NCBI GenBank assembly: GCA_002189035.1 | Contig: NEEC01000016.1 | Location: 2,418,001-2,482,000 of the forward strand | Origin: Utricularia gibba | Lineage: Eukaryota; Plantae; Magnoliophyta | Direction of reading: 5' to 3' | Length of the DNA stretch: 64,000 bases | In this document: positions 26,853 through 39,849 of the stretch, piece by piece | Layout: every line of letters begins with the position of its first letter | How positions within the stretch are numbered: position 1 is the first letter of the stretch | Made by a program: the position numbers and the translations under genes | Notes under the pieces: generated by a model | What the model was told of the DNA's origin: nothing | The model's database searches: none | Seen by the model: only the letters and a program-made list of their open reading frames with translations

Positions 26853-28714
26853 ATGGCTCCTCAGAAGCTGCGCGTGGTTCCACAGCAACAAATCAATCTC
26901 AGCAGGCACCCCACCCCTGTATGGTTCTTCCGGAGGCATTTCCGTGCACTTCCCAGGCGGTGCAGCGCCGTCTAACTGCCAACCCCCACTCTTCGGCGTC
27001 CTCCATCACCAATTTCCTTGGGCACGACTACTTGCAGCCGCCGCCGCCCCCGGCATCTCAATTTCGCCAACAATGGAGCGATAACAGTCGCAGTTCAGCC
27101 AATGAGTCGGAGGAGGATGACGCGGAAGTTGAGAATCTCGATGAAGATGTAGATGAAGGAGAAGAAAGGAATTTAGAGAACATAACGTCTCTATCTAAAA
27201 TCAATGGAAGTGATCAAAATTTTCGATATGGTGTTGTTGCGAATTGTGGGGACATGAAGTACGGTGTGTCACCAGGTACTTGTTATGGATGTAAAGTACT
27301 TTACCATAGAAATTGGAAGGTATATTAAAGCGTGATGCCGTTGTATTCGGTCAATTCGGATCAGGCAGAAAAGGGGAGGATTCGACACACAATGTTACTG
27401 AAAGCGTTCATAGCGATAACAGAAGTGGTGAGAACAGGATCATCAGGGACAGCGAAGCTTACTACTCAGGGTGCTTGAAGACGGGGGATGGACCCAGTTC
27501 GTCTGGACAGAAGGATGATACTACCGTGCAAGATAGTTGTAGGTTTAGTGGAAGAAAGGATGGGGTATATCCAAGTGGATCTGGGCAGACCCTTAGGGCC
27601 AGCCTCTCAGATCCTCTGACGTATGCACACAAAGAGAATTGTGTTTTGCTTTGTCATTTCTTTTACTTTGTTAAATGCTCGTAACTGATTTTCATTTTTT
27701 ACTTGTATGTACGCATAGAGGGACACTTATGGAAGATGCCATGATATTGCCTTGTGGACACTCCTATGGTAGTGGTGGAATACAGCAAATCCTTTGTATG
27801 GTAGGGCAACCTTAACTTGAGTCACTCCTTCAAGCTCAGTTCAGTTCTTGGCTGAGTGAAATGCAAGGAATGCAATTTATTATAGTGAGCGCTTTTTTTC
27901 AGAAAGTTTGCTACACCTGCTCGCAGCCTGTTTCAGAAGCCTCAATTTATCCGAACCTCTGTATGTTCATATGTTCTTGATGTCATTATTTGGTAATCGA
28001 GTTGTTTATATCCTTCTTGCTTTGGTCGTGCAGCTTTACGCCTAGCTGTACAGGCATTCAACAGGGAAGAGGGTTTTCATACGAGTACATTAAAAAGAAG
28101 GCGAGAAAGATATGTGCAGGTTAGTCACCACCATAAAATTTTTACTTGAATAATGAGCTGATTATACATTCTGGTATGAAGGGAATGTTGGCTTATAGTA
28201 TGGAATTACTTGAACTTAGATGTTGTTCACAGGAGAAGGGAGGATCGATTGATTCTACTGCCACTGATAGGCAAAAAGGAAAGAGGATTCAGTTTCCATT
28301 TGCGGTCACTGATCGTGTTATCATAAAGGTGTGAATGAAGACGTGTGTCCGTCACTCTGTGAATCAAGCATGTTTTCTTGGTAATTTTGATTATTGATTT
28401 TCAGGGCAACAAAAGAACACCTGAACGGTTTTTTGGGCGGGAGGCTGTGATCACTGCTGAGTGTTTGAATGGATGGTAACACTTATTAACGCGTGCTGTT
28501 TTGTTTTCTTTTTTTACCTAAAAAGATTCTTTTCGTACATGATTCACACAGTCAGTGATCATATCTCCATGGATGGTTATGGAATGGCTTTCTAAATGAT
28601 AGGTATGTAGTCAAGACACTGGATAATGCAGAAAGCGTGAAGCTGCAGTATCGCTCCTTGGCCAAGCTTTCAGACAAGCCGAGTCCAACAATAAATTGGC
28701 TTACAGCTTTATGA
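26853..28714 (+). CDS. PUB62: U-box domain protein, PUB62/63-like, ~8 exons; start either 26853 (needs a frameshift) or 26921
   Basis: LSDPLTGTLMEDAMILPCGHSYG...CYTCSQ...PNL (U-box) and C-terminal GNKRTPERFFGREAVITAECLNGWYVVKTLDNAESVKLQYRSL. Confidence 0.88.
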
Positions 28715-29312
28715 CTAATTTGTAGGCGAACTAATGAGTGCATGGTGCTCACTGTCGTAAACACTGATCGGGGTTTGTTCTATGTGGATACAACGCATGC
28801 AATGCAAGATCTGAAGCGAAACAAAAGACATCAAACACACACAAGAATGTCTTAGGAATCTCATGGCTTGTGAGTCATGGGATTATGCAAATTTAAGAAT
28901 ATGTCATGAATCTCCTGTAAACTAGAGCCTTGAGCTTGTGTGAGAGGTCGGTTGCATATGAAATCCTCCGTGATCAGTTTCCTGAACGTAGTCTTCTTTC
29001 GATTAACTATCATAAAATAAGTATTGGAAGATTACAATATTTGAAGTGAAACCTTCATGGATTGTTCTAAAATTGGAATAGACAAAAGTTGTTTACGAGA
29101 GGTGGAGGTGTACTAATAAACAAAAATTTTGCATGCATCATAAATATTCAAATTTTCCTATCAAATAAAATTTATATACCTAATTTACATTCAATTATAT
29201 AAATAATATGAGCATAATGGATTATGATCAAATACAATGAGCTATGTGATTGCTGTGTGGAAGTCAATACATTCAGTTTGTATCATGGTTAAGAGATTAA
29301 GTCTAAGATAAG

Positions 29313-30500
29313 TGATAAGTGATTTTATGTCACTTATATTTGTGTTTTTTAGGACTCACTTAGATGAGATTTGCATTCTTTTTATCCCACTTTTCTTACA
29401 TTTTTATAAGAATTTTATATCTTTCATACCACTTTGATCTTTTTGGAGATAAAGTGTGTTTTGTGATTTTTGAGGACGAATTTGGAATAATTTGGAGGAT
29501 TTTCGAGTTGACCTTAATGGAGGCAAAGATTCGGTCTATCCAAATGAAGACTCAATCAGAGATTCTCGGATGATTTGCATTTTATCTTAGAAAATTTGGA
29601 TCTTATCCTAGAAGATTTGTATCAAATTTTAGAAGATCCAGATAGAAGATTTGATGTGAGCCTATCAAGAAAGCCCGACAAGTCCCTATCATTATATAAA
29701 GATCCAAATGCAAAGATCAAAGGAGTTATTCAGAGGTGGACGATCAAAGAGTCAATTTAGGGTTTAGAGTCGAGTCTAGTATGTTTTGGATGTCTTCCCT
29801 TTTGTTTTTCATCAATTTTTGTTGTTTAGAGTCGAGCAAGCGTGTGTGAGCGCTTGCGACTGAGGATCTGCTGTGAAGCCTTGCTTGCGCAAGTCCTGCA
29901 CGTATGGCTGTCTTATTATGTTTTTTCATCATTTAATTTGAGGTTTGATTATGTTTTTCGTAACTTTTTCTTTATCAATGTGATCTTTAATACCATATAA
30001 CCCTAAGAGAATATGGGAAAATCAAAGGTTGGCGTCAAGCACCTAAGGAGAAGGGCTCAATCGGATATCCTTGGTAAAGCACATTCTGTCTAATCTGTCT
30101 GCAAAGTGAGAGGTGTAGGATTTAGATTTGGGTGTGAGGAAAGCATGAGTTATTACAAGAAGTGAAATGGCTCTGGTGGTGTGATTGATTTCATAATCCC
30201 ACAAAACAAGGGATGGTGCTATAACGGTCACCGAGTAGCACTATTTTAGCATAACAACCCCAAAGCTTGCGCAAACAAGTCAATCTTCAAAGTTTGCACA
30301 CATGTAAGGGCAAGTTTCAAGAAAGGTGGATCTTAGATCCAAGGCCACTTTTCTTATTATTTTTAAAAACCCAATATTTCTTTTGTTTTCAATCTTTTTC
30401 AATCTTTGTTTTGAAAAGAAAATTCTAATAACAATTCCTTATGGATACAATCTTATTTTATTACTTCGATGATTTCTATGCACTTGCAGAATCACCATCA
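29313..30500 (+). repeat. Athila 5' LTR
   Basis: TGATAAGTGA...ATCACCATCA; direct repeat of 37813-38990. Confidence 0.93.
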
Positions 30501-30625
30501 AGTTTTTGACACCGTTTCCAGGGAATTGTATTCCTTTGGAATTTCTTTTCTGATCATGTCTTATTTTTCTGTTATTTTCGAGACATTTTGTTTAGCGCAT
30601 TTGCGCAAGCAGTTGCTTTTAATCA

Positions 30626-33600
30626 TTGTTGCATGCACAGGCACAGGGCTTCAATCGAGCTGTACCTGCTGGACCTGAAATTGATCGGACGTGTCAGAGA
30701 ATTAGGTTGGAAAATCGTCAAGCGCAAGCACAACGCAAGGAAACCAGGTCTAGAAGGCATTCTAGACATGAGGAGGACTATTTGGTGATGTCCGAACTAG
30801 ATAACGAAGGAGCACGAACGCTAAGACACCAGCCAAACAGGGCAACTGGATCAGCCTTGCTGATAAATGAAAGAACAGGTATAGGCAGATTTGCTGCTAA
30901 TTGTGTAGGGTCATATCGAAGGCGTAGCGATGGATCTGATCAAGAACCTACAAGGGAACGCATAGCAGCAACATTGGGATCGAATCAAGGTGTGGAACCT
31001 CTCCGAGAAGGGCCCACAGGCGCATTATCAGACCCAGGACGAACCAACAGGGCACTGGAACGTGGTCTAGGAAGGCCCAGGCACGCAGGCGCAAATGAAA
31101 ACCATTTGCAATCAACGTTTGCACAAGAATGGCAAGAAAACAGGGCTTTTGAACCTCAACATCATGACAAGCAGAACAGCACTCCACAAACTTCAAGGCG
31201 AGGAGTGAACTCGCATCCAAGGTGGGAAAGAGAAGACCGTTGGGGTTACAATGGAGCAAACCGACGTGACAACCAAAATCCTCATCACGAGCAGAGGTAT
31301 GAATTTGTAGGAAATCCTGAAAGGGAAAATTATGGAAGACAAAGGCAGATGCCCAGGAGGAATGTGCGTGTTGAAGAAGCATCTAGCGAAGAGGAAGGAC
31401 TAGAACCAGCACGCAGGGAAGAGATAGGTATGTGTGCAGGGACCAAAATGCTAACAGATTTGCTATTGATCCTTGGGATGAAGTCCCTTTAGGTGATAAT
31501 TTTCGACACACGAGGAAGCCTGGTCCCATTGCTGCCACCAGCCATCAACGTGCGGAGATTCCAACTCCAACCCTCACTGATTACCATGGTGCAACAAAGC
31601 CCATTTCGTGGAGAACCTGGTGAGGATCCCAAATAACACATTGCAATTTTTCTCAGGTATTGTGTCATGGTGGTGGAACGAGGAGTCTTTGATGACGCGA
31701 TTAGGTTACCTTTATTTCCATTTTCGTTATGGGGATCAGCAAGGAGATGGTTAGACTCTCTGCCACCCAACTCTATGTACACTTAGGAAGAATTGGAGGA
31801 TGCATTTTTGGACAAATATTTTGAACCCACAAAGTACTCTAACACCAGGTTTGAGATCACCAATTTTTCACAGTATGAAGGAGAAGGAATAGCAGCATCT
31901 TGGGAGAGATTTAAGGAAATTACACAAGTCACGGATAAGCATGGACTCAGCCCTGCTGCTATGATCATGTGCTTTCATGATGGACTGACTGCGCAAGCAA
32001 AGGGACTGCTGAATGCGGGTGTTGGACCCTTGGACCAGGTAAGTCCTAGAAGGGCCTGAGAACTAATTGATGAATTTTCAAAATGACAGGCACGATGGTC
32101 TCAATCAGCAAGGAATTCGAAAACTGGAGTTCGGGACAACCCACGTGACACTACCATCTCAAAGATTTCCAAAACATTGCAAAAATTAGACGATAAAATC
32201 AGCAAACTCCAGCATGTCATTGCTCAAGTCCAAGCAGCCTTAGAGAAGTCAGAGAGCGAGGTAGAAGAGGAAGGTACGAATGTTAATTTTGTGAATTTTC
32301 AGGGAAAACTTGGGCAAGGAGCTTCTATGCCTGCACAAGGGAACAACTGGGGAAATCAGGGCAACACTTGGCAGAACCAGAATCAAAACCACCAGTAGCC
32401 CCAACGACCACTCTTACGAGATACGCTCAATCAATTCATGGAGAAACAGGAAGGGCTGAACCAAGGAATGCTGGAGCAAATCAAACAAGTAAATGGATTG
32501 GTGGTTGAACAACTTAAGCAAATAAGAGGAGAAATTTCAGACCAAAAAACAAGGGTGAATGAAATGAATGAGCGTCTGGAGCAACTTGGGATAACAACTC
32601 ACATCCTGGACAGCTAGATGAGTATTGTCGCTCAAACCCACAAGGCTTCAAGACTCCCAAGTCAACCAAAGAAGAATCCTGTTGAATGTAATGCTGTAGC
32701 AACGAGAAGTGGGAGTGCAATAGCAGCAGCCCTTGCGCAAGCAGACGAATTGGTGGATGTTCCAGTGTACGTATCTCCACCTTCTTATAATCCTCCAATC
32801 CCTTATCCACAAAGACAGGCCAAATCATCAGTGGATCAACAATATTCCAAGTTTCTGCAGATGCTGAAAACGCTTCATGCCCATTTACTGATGTGATGTT
32901 GCAAATGCCCACTTATGCGAAATTCTTGAAGGATATTCTGGCCAATCGAAGGAAGATTGAGAATGATGCTGTTATTGAATTATCCAAGCAGCGCAACACG
33001 GTTCTTACACAGGGGCTGATTTAAAAGCATGCAGATCCGGGAATTTTTTCAGTCCCTTGTATCATTGGAAGAAGCAATTTTGAGAAGTGCTTATATGATC
33101 TTGGGTCAAGTATCAGCTTGATGCCTTATTCTTTATTCAAAGCACTGAATCTTGAGTTGAGAACCACGAAAATTCAGTTGGTATTTGCTGATAAATCCAT
33201 GAAGAATCCTGAAGGAGTGGTAGAAAACGTACCGATAAAAATTGGAAAATATTTTGTCCCTTGTGATTTTGTTTTTTTGGATATGGCACTTGATGTGGAG
33301 GTGCCAATCATTTTTGGGAGACCTTTATGGCAACCATAGGAGCCTTAATTGATGTTAGAGCAGGGAAATTGACACTAAGATTCAGAGAAGAAGAATTGGA
33401 GTTTAATGTTGATCAAGCAGTGAAGCGAGTTGACTGCGATGAGCTTGCGCAAGGGGAAGCAGAAGATGTTGTTACGCAAGAGCAGGTGCAAGCAGTTTTT
33501 CTGCACGAAATTCAAGAAGTAAATCTTTTACCAGATGAAAAAGAAGACACTTCAGATGACACACCAATGATGGCTCGGCTAACAAAGAAGGAACTTGATG

Positions 33601-36356
33601 CTGGAGGAAAAATTGAGTTGAAGAAGCTGCCACCAACATTGAGGTATGAATTTCATGAGGATAATCACACTTACCCTGTGATTGAATGAATACCACACCC
33701 GAATGATGCTGGATGTCTTGCGCAAGCACAGACAAGCCATTGGGTACACCCTGGATGACTTGAAAGGGCTTGACTCTCAATTTTGCACCCATCGATTTAT
33801 CTGGAAGTTGAGGCAAGACCAATTGTGCAACCACAAAGGTGGGCGAATCCTATGCTAAAGGAGGTGATTAAAAACGAAATTTTAAAATTACTAGACGCTG
33901 ATATCATCTACTCTATTTCAGATAGCCAATGGGTTAGCCCAGTACACTATGTACCAAAGAAAGGAGGCATGACAGTGACACAAAACGAGAAGGGAGACCT
34001 CATCCCCTTGCGCAAGGTCATTCGCTGGAGGATGTGTATTGATTTTCGAAAACTCAATGATGCCACCAGAAAGGATCATTACCCAATGCTATTTATTGAT
34101 CAAATTCTAGAAAGATTAAATAACCAAGCTTTCTATTGTTACCTTGATGGTTATTCCAGATATTTTCAGATTCCAATGCATCCGGAAGATCAACACAAGA
34201 CCACATTTACTTGCCCTTTTGGCACCTTTGCATACAAGAGAATGCCTTTCGGTTTGTGCAATGCTTTTGGAACTTTTTAGCGTTGCATGACAGCCATTTT
34301 TTCAGAACATGTGGAGAAGATCATGGAGGTATTTATGGATGATATATCCTTTTATGGGGCTGATTTCGATTCATGTTTGCAGAACTTAGGCATCATTTTG
34401 GAGAGGTGTATTGAGTGCAATTTGGTACTCAATTGGGAGAAATGCCATTTTATGGTTGAAGAGTCATTGTGCTTGGACATCACATTTCTTCCAAAGGCAT
34501 TCAAGTGGATCCAACAAAAATTGAAGTGATTGAAAAATTACCAGCACCAACTATGGTAAAAGGGATCATAAGCTTCTTGGGGCACACAGGATTTTATAGG
34601 AGGTTTATTGCTAATTTTTCTCACATTTCTTGCCCACTAACAGCGCTGCTTGCGCAAGACGTGGATTTTTATTTTGATGCAGAATGTGTGCACGCCTTCA
34701 ACGCGCTGAAGCAAGCTCTTGTGACTGCACCCATCCTTCAACCCAGATTGGACCCTACCATTTAAGCTGATGTGCGATGCAAGTGATTGTGCTGTAGGGG
34801 CTATTCTTGGACAGAAAAAAGACAAGGTGATTCATGTGATTTATTATGCCAGCAAAACTCTCAATGTAGCCCAAAGGAACTACACAACCACAAAAAAGGA
34901 GTTGCTGGCAATTGTTTTTGCCATTGAAAAATTCAGATCCTATTTATTGGGTAAAAAGGTGATTGTTCATACGGATAATGCAGCCTTGAAATATCTTTTG
35001 AGCAAGCAGGAATCGAAACCCAGGTTGATAAGATGGATTCTACTTCTTCAAGAATTTGATCTGGAAATTCGTGACAAGAAGGGCAAGGAAAATGGAGTAG
35101 CTGATCATTTGTCACGCCTACAGCTTGAAACAAGTGTGGGGGAGTTACCCATTGAGGATTCATTCCCCAAAGAACGTATCCTTGTTGTCCAAGATAGCAA
35201 TTTGCCTTGGTATGCTGATTTTGTCAATTATCTCGTTGGAGGAGTCTTTCCCCAAAATCTGAACTTCAACCAGCGGAAGCGCTTCCTTGCGCAAGCGAAG
35301 CATTATTTCTGGGAAGAACCTATGCTTTTCAAACGTTGTGCTGATTGAATCATCAGAGACGTTATTTGACACTGTCATTCATCACCGTATGGAGGGCATG
35401 CAACAGCATCAAAAACACTTTTCAAAATTCTTCAATTTGGATTTTATTGGCCCACCATGAATCATGATGTGAGGGCATTTGTTCAAGCATGTGAGCCATG
35501 TCAACATGTGGGTTCTATTTCCAGGAGAGATGATGGACCCATGGCATATATCCTGGAGGTGGAGATTTTCGATGTTTGGGGGCTGGATTTTATGGGACCC
35601 TTTCCATCTTCTCATGGCAACACTCAAATTCTTGAGGCAGTGGATTATGTCTCAAAATGGGCAGTAGCTATTGCGGTTCTAGCAGCTGATGGAAGAGCTA
35701 TAATTAAGCTCTTCAAACAAATCATTCTACCCAGGTTTGGAGCCCCAAGATATGTCATAAGTGATGGAGGAAAACAGTTCATTGAAGGAGAATTCTGAAA
35801 GCTCTTGTGCACGTATGGAGTAGGACACAGAGCATCAACCCCATATCACCCACAAACCTGCGGACAAGTGGAGGTAACTTACAGGGAATTGAAGAGGATT
35901 TTGGAGCGTACGGTGGCCAAAACCTGCAAGGATTGGGCAACCAAATTAACTGATGCTTTATGGGCTTGTCGCACAGCGTATAAGACTCCCTTGAGGACCT
36001 TCCCTTATCGTTTGGTTTATGGGAAAGCTTGTCACTTGCCGGTGGAATTAGAACACAAGGCATATTGGGCTATCAAAGAATTAAATTCGGATGCCAAAGC
36101 TACTTGAGAGCAAAGGATCTTGCAACTCCAAGAGTTAGACGAGCTAAGGATGAGTGCCTACGAAAATGCAAAACTGTACAAGGAACAAATGAAGGCTTGG
36201 CATGACAGTCACTTGCGCAAGAAGGACCTAGCAGAAGGTGACCCAATTTTTTTATTTAATTCTCATTTTCATCTCTTTCCAGGAAAGCTTAAGTCTAGAT
36301 GGCGTGGACCATACAGCATTTACGGTAAATATTCAGAGATTGAAATGGTTTCATGA
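30626..36356 (+). pseudogene. Athila gag-pol (gag, protease, RT, RNase H, integrase), fragmented
   Basis: GPEIDRTC (gag N-terminus), LPLFPFSL, DLGSSISLMP (protease), WRMCIDFRKLN, YLDGYSRYFQI, FMDD (RT), MCDASD, EKFRSYL (RH), [26 protein letters not shown] (INT); many stops and frameshifts. Confidence 0.93.
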
Positions 36357-37812
36357 AGGGGTAAAATCCTCCATGGACACATTGCATGTTCTAGTGGATC
36401 TCTCTAACCACCCCCCACCTTGATGAGAAAACACTTATGGTTTGCTTGTTGTCATTACAAAAACAAGTGATTTCCCTTTTAGTTATTTTCGATTTTCTCT
36501 TGCATTGTTTTCCTTTTCTCCTTTCTCTTCAATGAGCATAGGTGCAATGGATACTTTTGAGGAAAAATTCTGCACTTTTTGACACATGATAAAAGGTAAG
36601 TGTTTCTGCCCATCTTGAGGACAAGATGTCATTTAAGTGTGGGGGGGGGGGAGTACTTTACTTTTTAGATTGTTTTTGTACCTTTTTCTTAAAAAAAAAT
36701 TCGAAATTTGGCATATATTTCATTGATCAACTCCTTGCATTTTGTGTTTTGCTGGAACCTAAACATCTGTTTTTGGTATTATTTTTTCGAGATAGTTGCT
36801 GTGAATTAAAATTTTGGGTATGCATGTTGCTATGTTGTTTCTTGACATGCTATTCACTTTATGTCACTTGTGCAAGCTATATAGCCCTAGTTTTTCTGGT
36901 GAGGAGGCCATTTTTTATTATCTCTTCATTATGAGTGATTTGAATGTAGAATGATCATAGACTTGTTCTTGTGCATACTGCTGAGTTATTCTACAGATCT
37001 TGTGCAAAAGGATTGAGGCATTAGGATCTGCCCTCTTTTATCCCCATATCCACCCTTGAATCCACTTAGTGAGCCATGCTTGGCCTGAAACCTTTTATTT
37101 GGATCACAACATTAGAAGTCAAATCCGTTTTGATAATTATAGCCTATATCAATTTCTCTTGACCCAAGGAATGAGCATCTAGAAAATGTTTATTTGCTGC
37201 GCAAGTTGCAGAACCAGGAGCTCTATTACAAAGAAAAAAGTTGAGAGCAATTTTCAATTCAATGATCAAGCTCTATCTCAACAAATTATGAAGGGGTTTT
37301 CAACAGACATCCTGTCTAAGAGAAAGTTGATTTTGAAAAAAAAAAAGAAAAAGAGAAGAAGAGACAAAAGAGGCTGAAAGGTTGGAACAAGCCACAAAAA
37401 TTGAAAGAGAATGAGTTTCTTGGAGTACGAAAATCAAAGGACAAGCATGGCAGAACTGTTTGATGGATGCTCACTCCTTATTACCCATGAAATGGAGCCT
37501 CCAGCTGAATTTCCCACATATCCCAAGCTCTTGTTGAAACCAGTGGATCATTTGCGCAAGTTTACTGACTCACCTACATTCAGGTATTGAGTGAACCTTT
37601 TCATTTTTACCCCTCTCTTATGGATTTCTCTTCTTGAGCGTATTGAGTGACACCTGTGAGGAGTAGCTACGTGCAAGGGGAGGTAGTGTATGATATGCCA
37701 TTGAATAACTTATGCATATTGTTGCCTTAGCTTTATTTGCAAACTACTATTTTGAAGGAAAATGCCTTGAACAATTGCTTAAGAACAAGCAAACATTTAA
37801 GTATGGAGAAGT

Positions 37813-38990
37813 TGATAAGTGATTTTGTGTCAATTATATTTGTGCTTTCTAGGACTCACTTAGATGGGATTTGCATTCTTTTTTACCCCACTTTCCTTAA
37901 TTTTTTATAAGAATTTTATATCTTTCATACCACTTTGACCTTTTTGGAAGGAAATTGTGTTTTGTGATTTTTCAGGACGAATTTGGAATAATTTGGAGGA
38001 TTTTCGAGTTGACCTTGATGGAGGCAAAGATTCGGTCTATCTAGACAAAGACTCGATTAAAAATTCTCGGATAAGATAAGATCATCTTATCTTAAAAAAA
38101 TTGGATCTTATCCTAGAAGATTTGTATCAAATCTTAGAAGACCCAAATAGAAGATTTGATGTGAGCCCATCAAGAAAAACCGACAAGTCCCTACCATTAT
38201 ATAAAGATCCAAACGCGAAGATCAAAGGAGTTATTCAGAGGTGGACGATCAAAGAGTCAATTTAGGGATTAGATTTTGGATGTCTTCCCTTTCGTTTTTC
38301 ATCAAATTTTGTTGTTTAGAGTCAAACATGCGCGTTTGAGCACTTGCGACTGAGGATCTGCTGTGAAGCCTTGCTTGCGCAAGTCCAGTGCGTGTGACTG
38401 TCTTACTATGTTTTTCAGCATTTAATTTGAGGTTTGATTTTGTTTTTCGCAACGTTTTTTTTACCAACATGATCTTTAGTACCATATAATCGTAAGGGAA
38501 TGTGGGAGAATCAAAGGTTGGCCTCAAGGACCTAAGGGGAAGGGCTCAATCGGACATCGTTGGTAAGACACATTCTGTTTAATACTGTCTGCGAGGTGAG
38601 AGGTGTAGGGGTTAGATTTGGGTGTGGGGAAAGCATGGGTTATTACAAGAGGTGAAATGACTCTGATGGCGTGGTTGATTCCATAATCCCACAAAACAAG
38701 GGACGATGCTATAACAGTCACCGAGTAGCACTATTTTAGCATAACACCCCTAAAGCTTACACAAGAAGGTAAGTTTTCAAGGTTTGCACACATGCAAGGG
38801 CGAGTTTCAAGTAAGGTGGATCTTAGATTCAAAGCCACTTTTCTTATTATTTTTAAAAACCCAATCTTTCTTTTGTTTTCAGTCTTTTTTAATCTTTGTT
38901 TTGAAAAGAAAATTCCAATAACAATTCCCTATTGATATGATCTTATTTTATTACTTCGTCGGTTTTTGTGCACTTGCAGAATCACTATCA
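37813..38990 (+). repeat. Athila 3' LTR
   Basis: TGATAAGTGA...ATCACTATCA, preceded by the purine-rich GTATGGAGAAGT. Confidence 0.93.
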
Positions 38991-39849
38991 ATAGGACTAG
39001 GGCATGTTTACATAAAATAGGGGAGAAAAAGAAACAGATAAATTTGACTACTAACTAAAGCAAGATAATATAATGCCTTGAAGCTTCCTGAAGTGATATG
39101 ATCATTGTTACACTTAACTCATTCAATCCAATAATTATTTACTTAACAAATGAAGGATTCAAGTCTACCTAAACTCTTCTTTTTTCTAATATTTGGTCTA
39201 CCTCTAATTAGGTCTTTTTATGATGAATATCATTACTTCCCTCTCTTGGATCTATTCTCGTTTGTAGTAAAATAGTATCATTACAGAGCTAATGTAGTTT
39301 AATAAGCAATAATCATGTACACTTCTTTCTACCTCAAGGCAATAAGTATGTTTAGCTAGTCATGCTATCATAACATAGCAACCAAAATATGTTAATGTCA
39401 CAGTGCAAAAAAATAAAAAAACATAAGCAGAAATAGAAATTGTAAATAGTTTGTGTAGAAAACTTGGTTCTTTGTTTCGTCTTCTTCGTTGTCTATGGTT
39501 CTGCTACGATTTCTTACTAGATCTCCTCCTTAAAATTATGTTTCGTGTTGTTCAAAGTTATGGAGATATTTATCTCTCCTTAAAAAAAAATTCTCTTTTT
39601 GGTCTTTTTGGGATTTAGTACTTCCTTTTATTCTGTTTTGTCCCCTTTTTATGCTGCCTTCACTATACACTTTTTGATTCATTGGGATTTACATTGCTAA
39701 CATATACTGCATGCTCAAGAAAATGATTAGAACTAAGATTGGGACTAAAGCTGAATTTCGTAATAGAATACTAATCATTTCCCTATCTTGAAACACTTAA
39801 AATTATGTGTTATCACATACACACACACACACAGAAAAGGGGTCCAACA

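Larger units (their letters stand above)
29313..38990 (+). mobile_element. Full-length Ty3/gypsy retrotransposon, Athila-type, coding region degenerate
   Basis: Two ~1.18-kb LTRs (TG...CA); TSD ATAAG / ATAGG; PBS-like TTTTTGACACCGTTTCCAGGGA (decayed Athila GGCGCCGTTGCCGGGGA); gag-PR-RT-RH-INT order; PPT-like tract before the 3' LTR. Confidence 0.95.
29114..39815. mobile_element. Solo LTR family A (29114-29312 plus 38991-39815), split by the Athila insertion
   Basis: Starts TAATAAACAAAAA (decayed TGATAAAC) and ends TGTGTTATCA. Flanks TGTAC / CATAC. Both halves are homologous to 8360-9520. Confidence 0.75.

Noticed and set aside
26580-26939. 119-aa minus-strand ORF between PTF2 and PUB62
   Set aside because: No recognisable domain; overlaps promoter and PUB62 5' sequence.
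30948-31382. Antisense 144-aa ORF in the Athila gag region as an accessory gene
   Set aside because: Shadow of a purine-rich sense ORF; no domain signature.
36640-36653. G-quadruplex or functional significance of the long G run (and the C run at ~14968-14980)
   Set aside because: The G run is explained as a PPT-like tract; homopolymer lengths are unreliable in this assembly.
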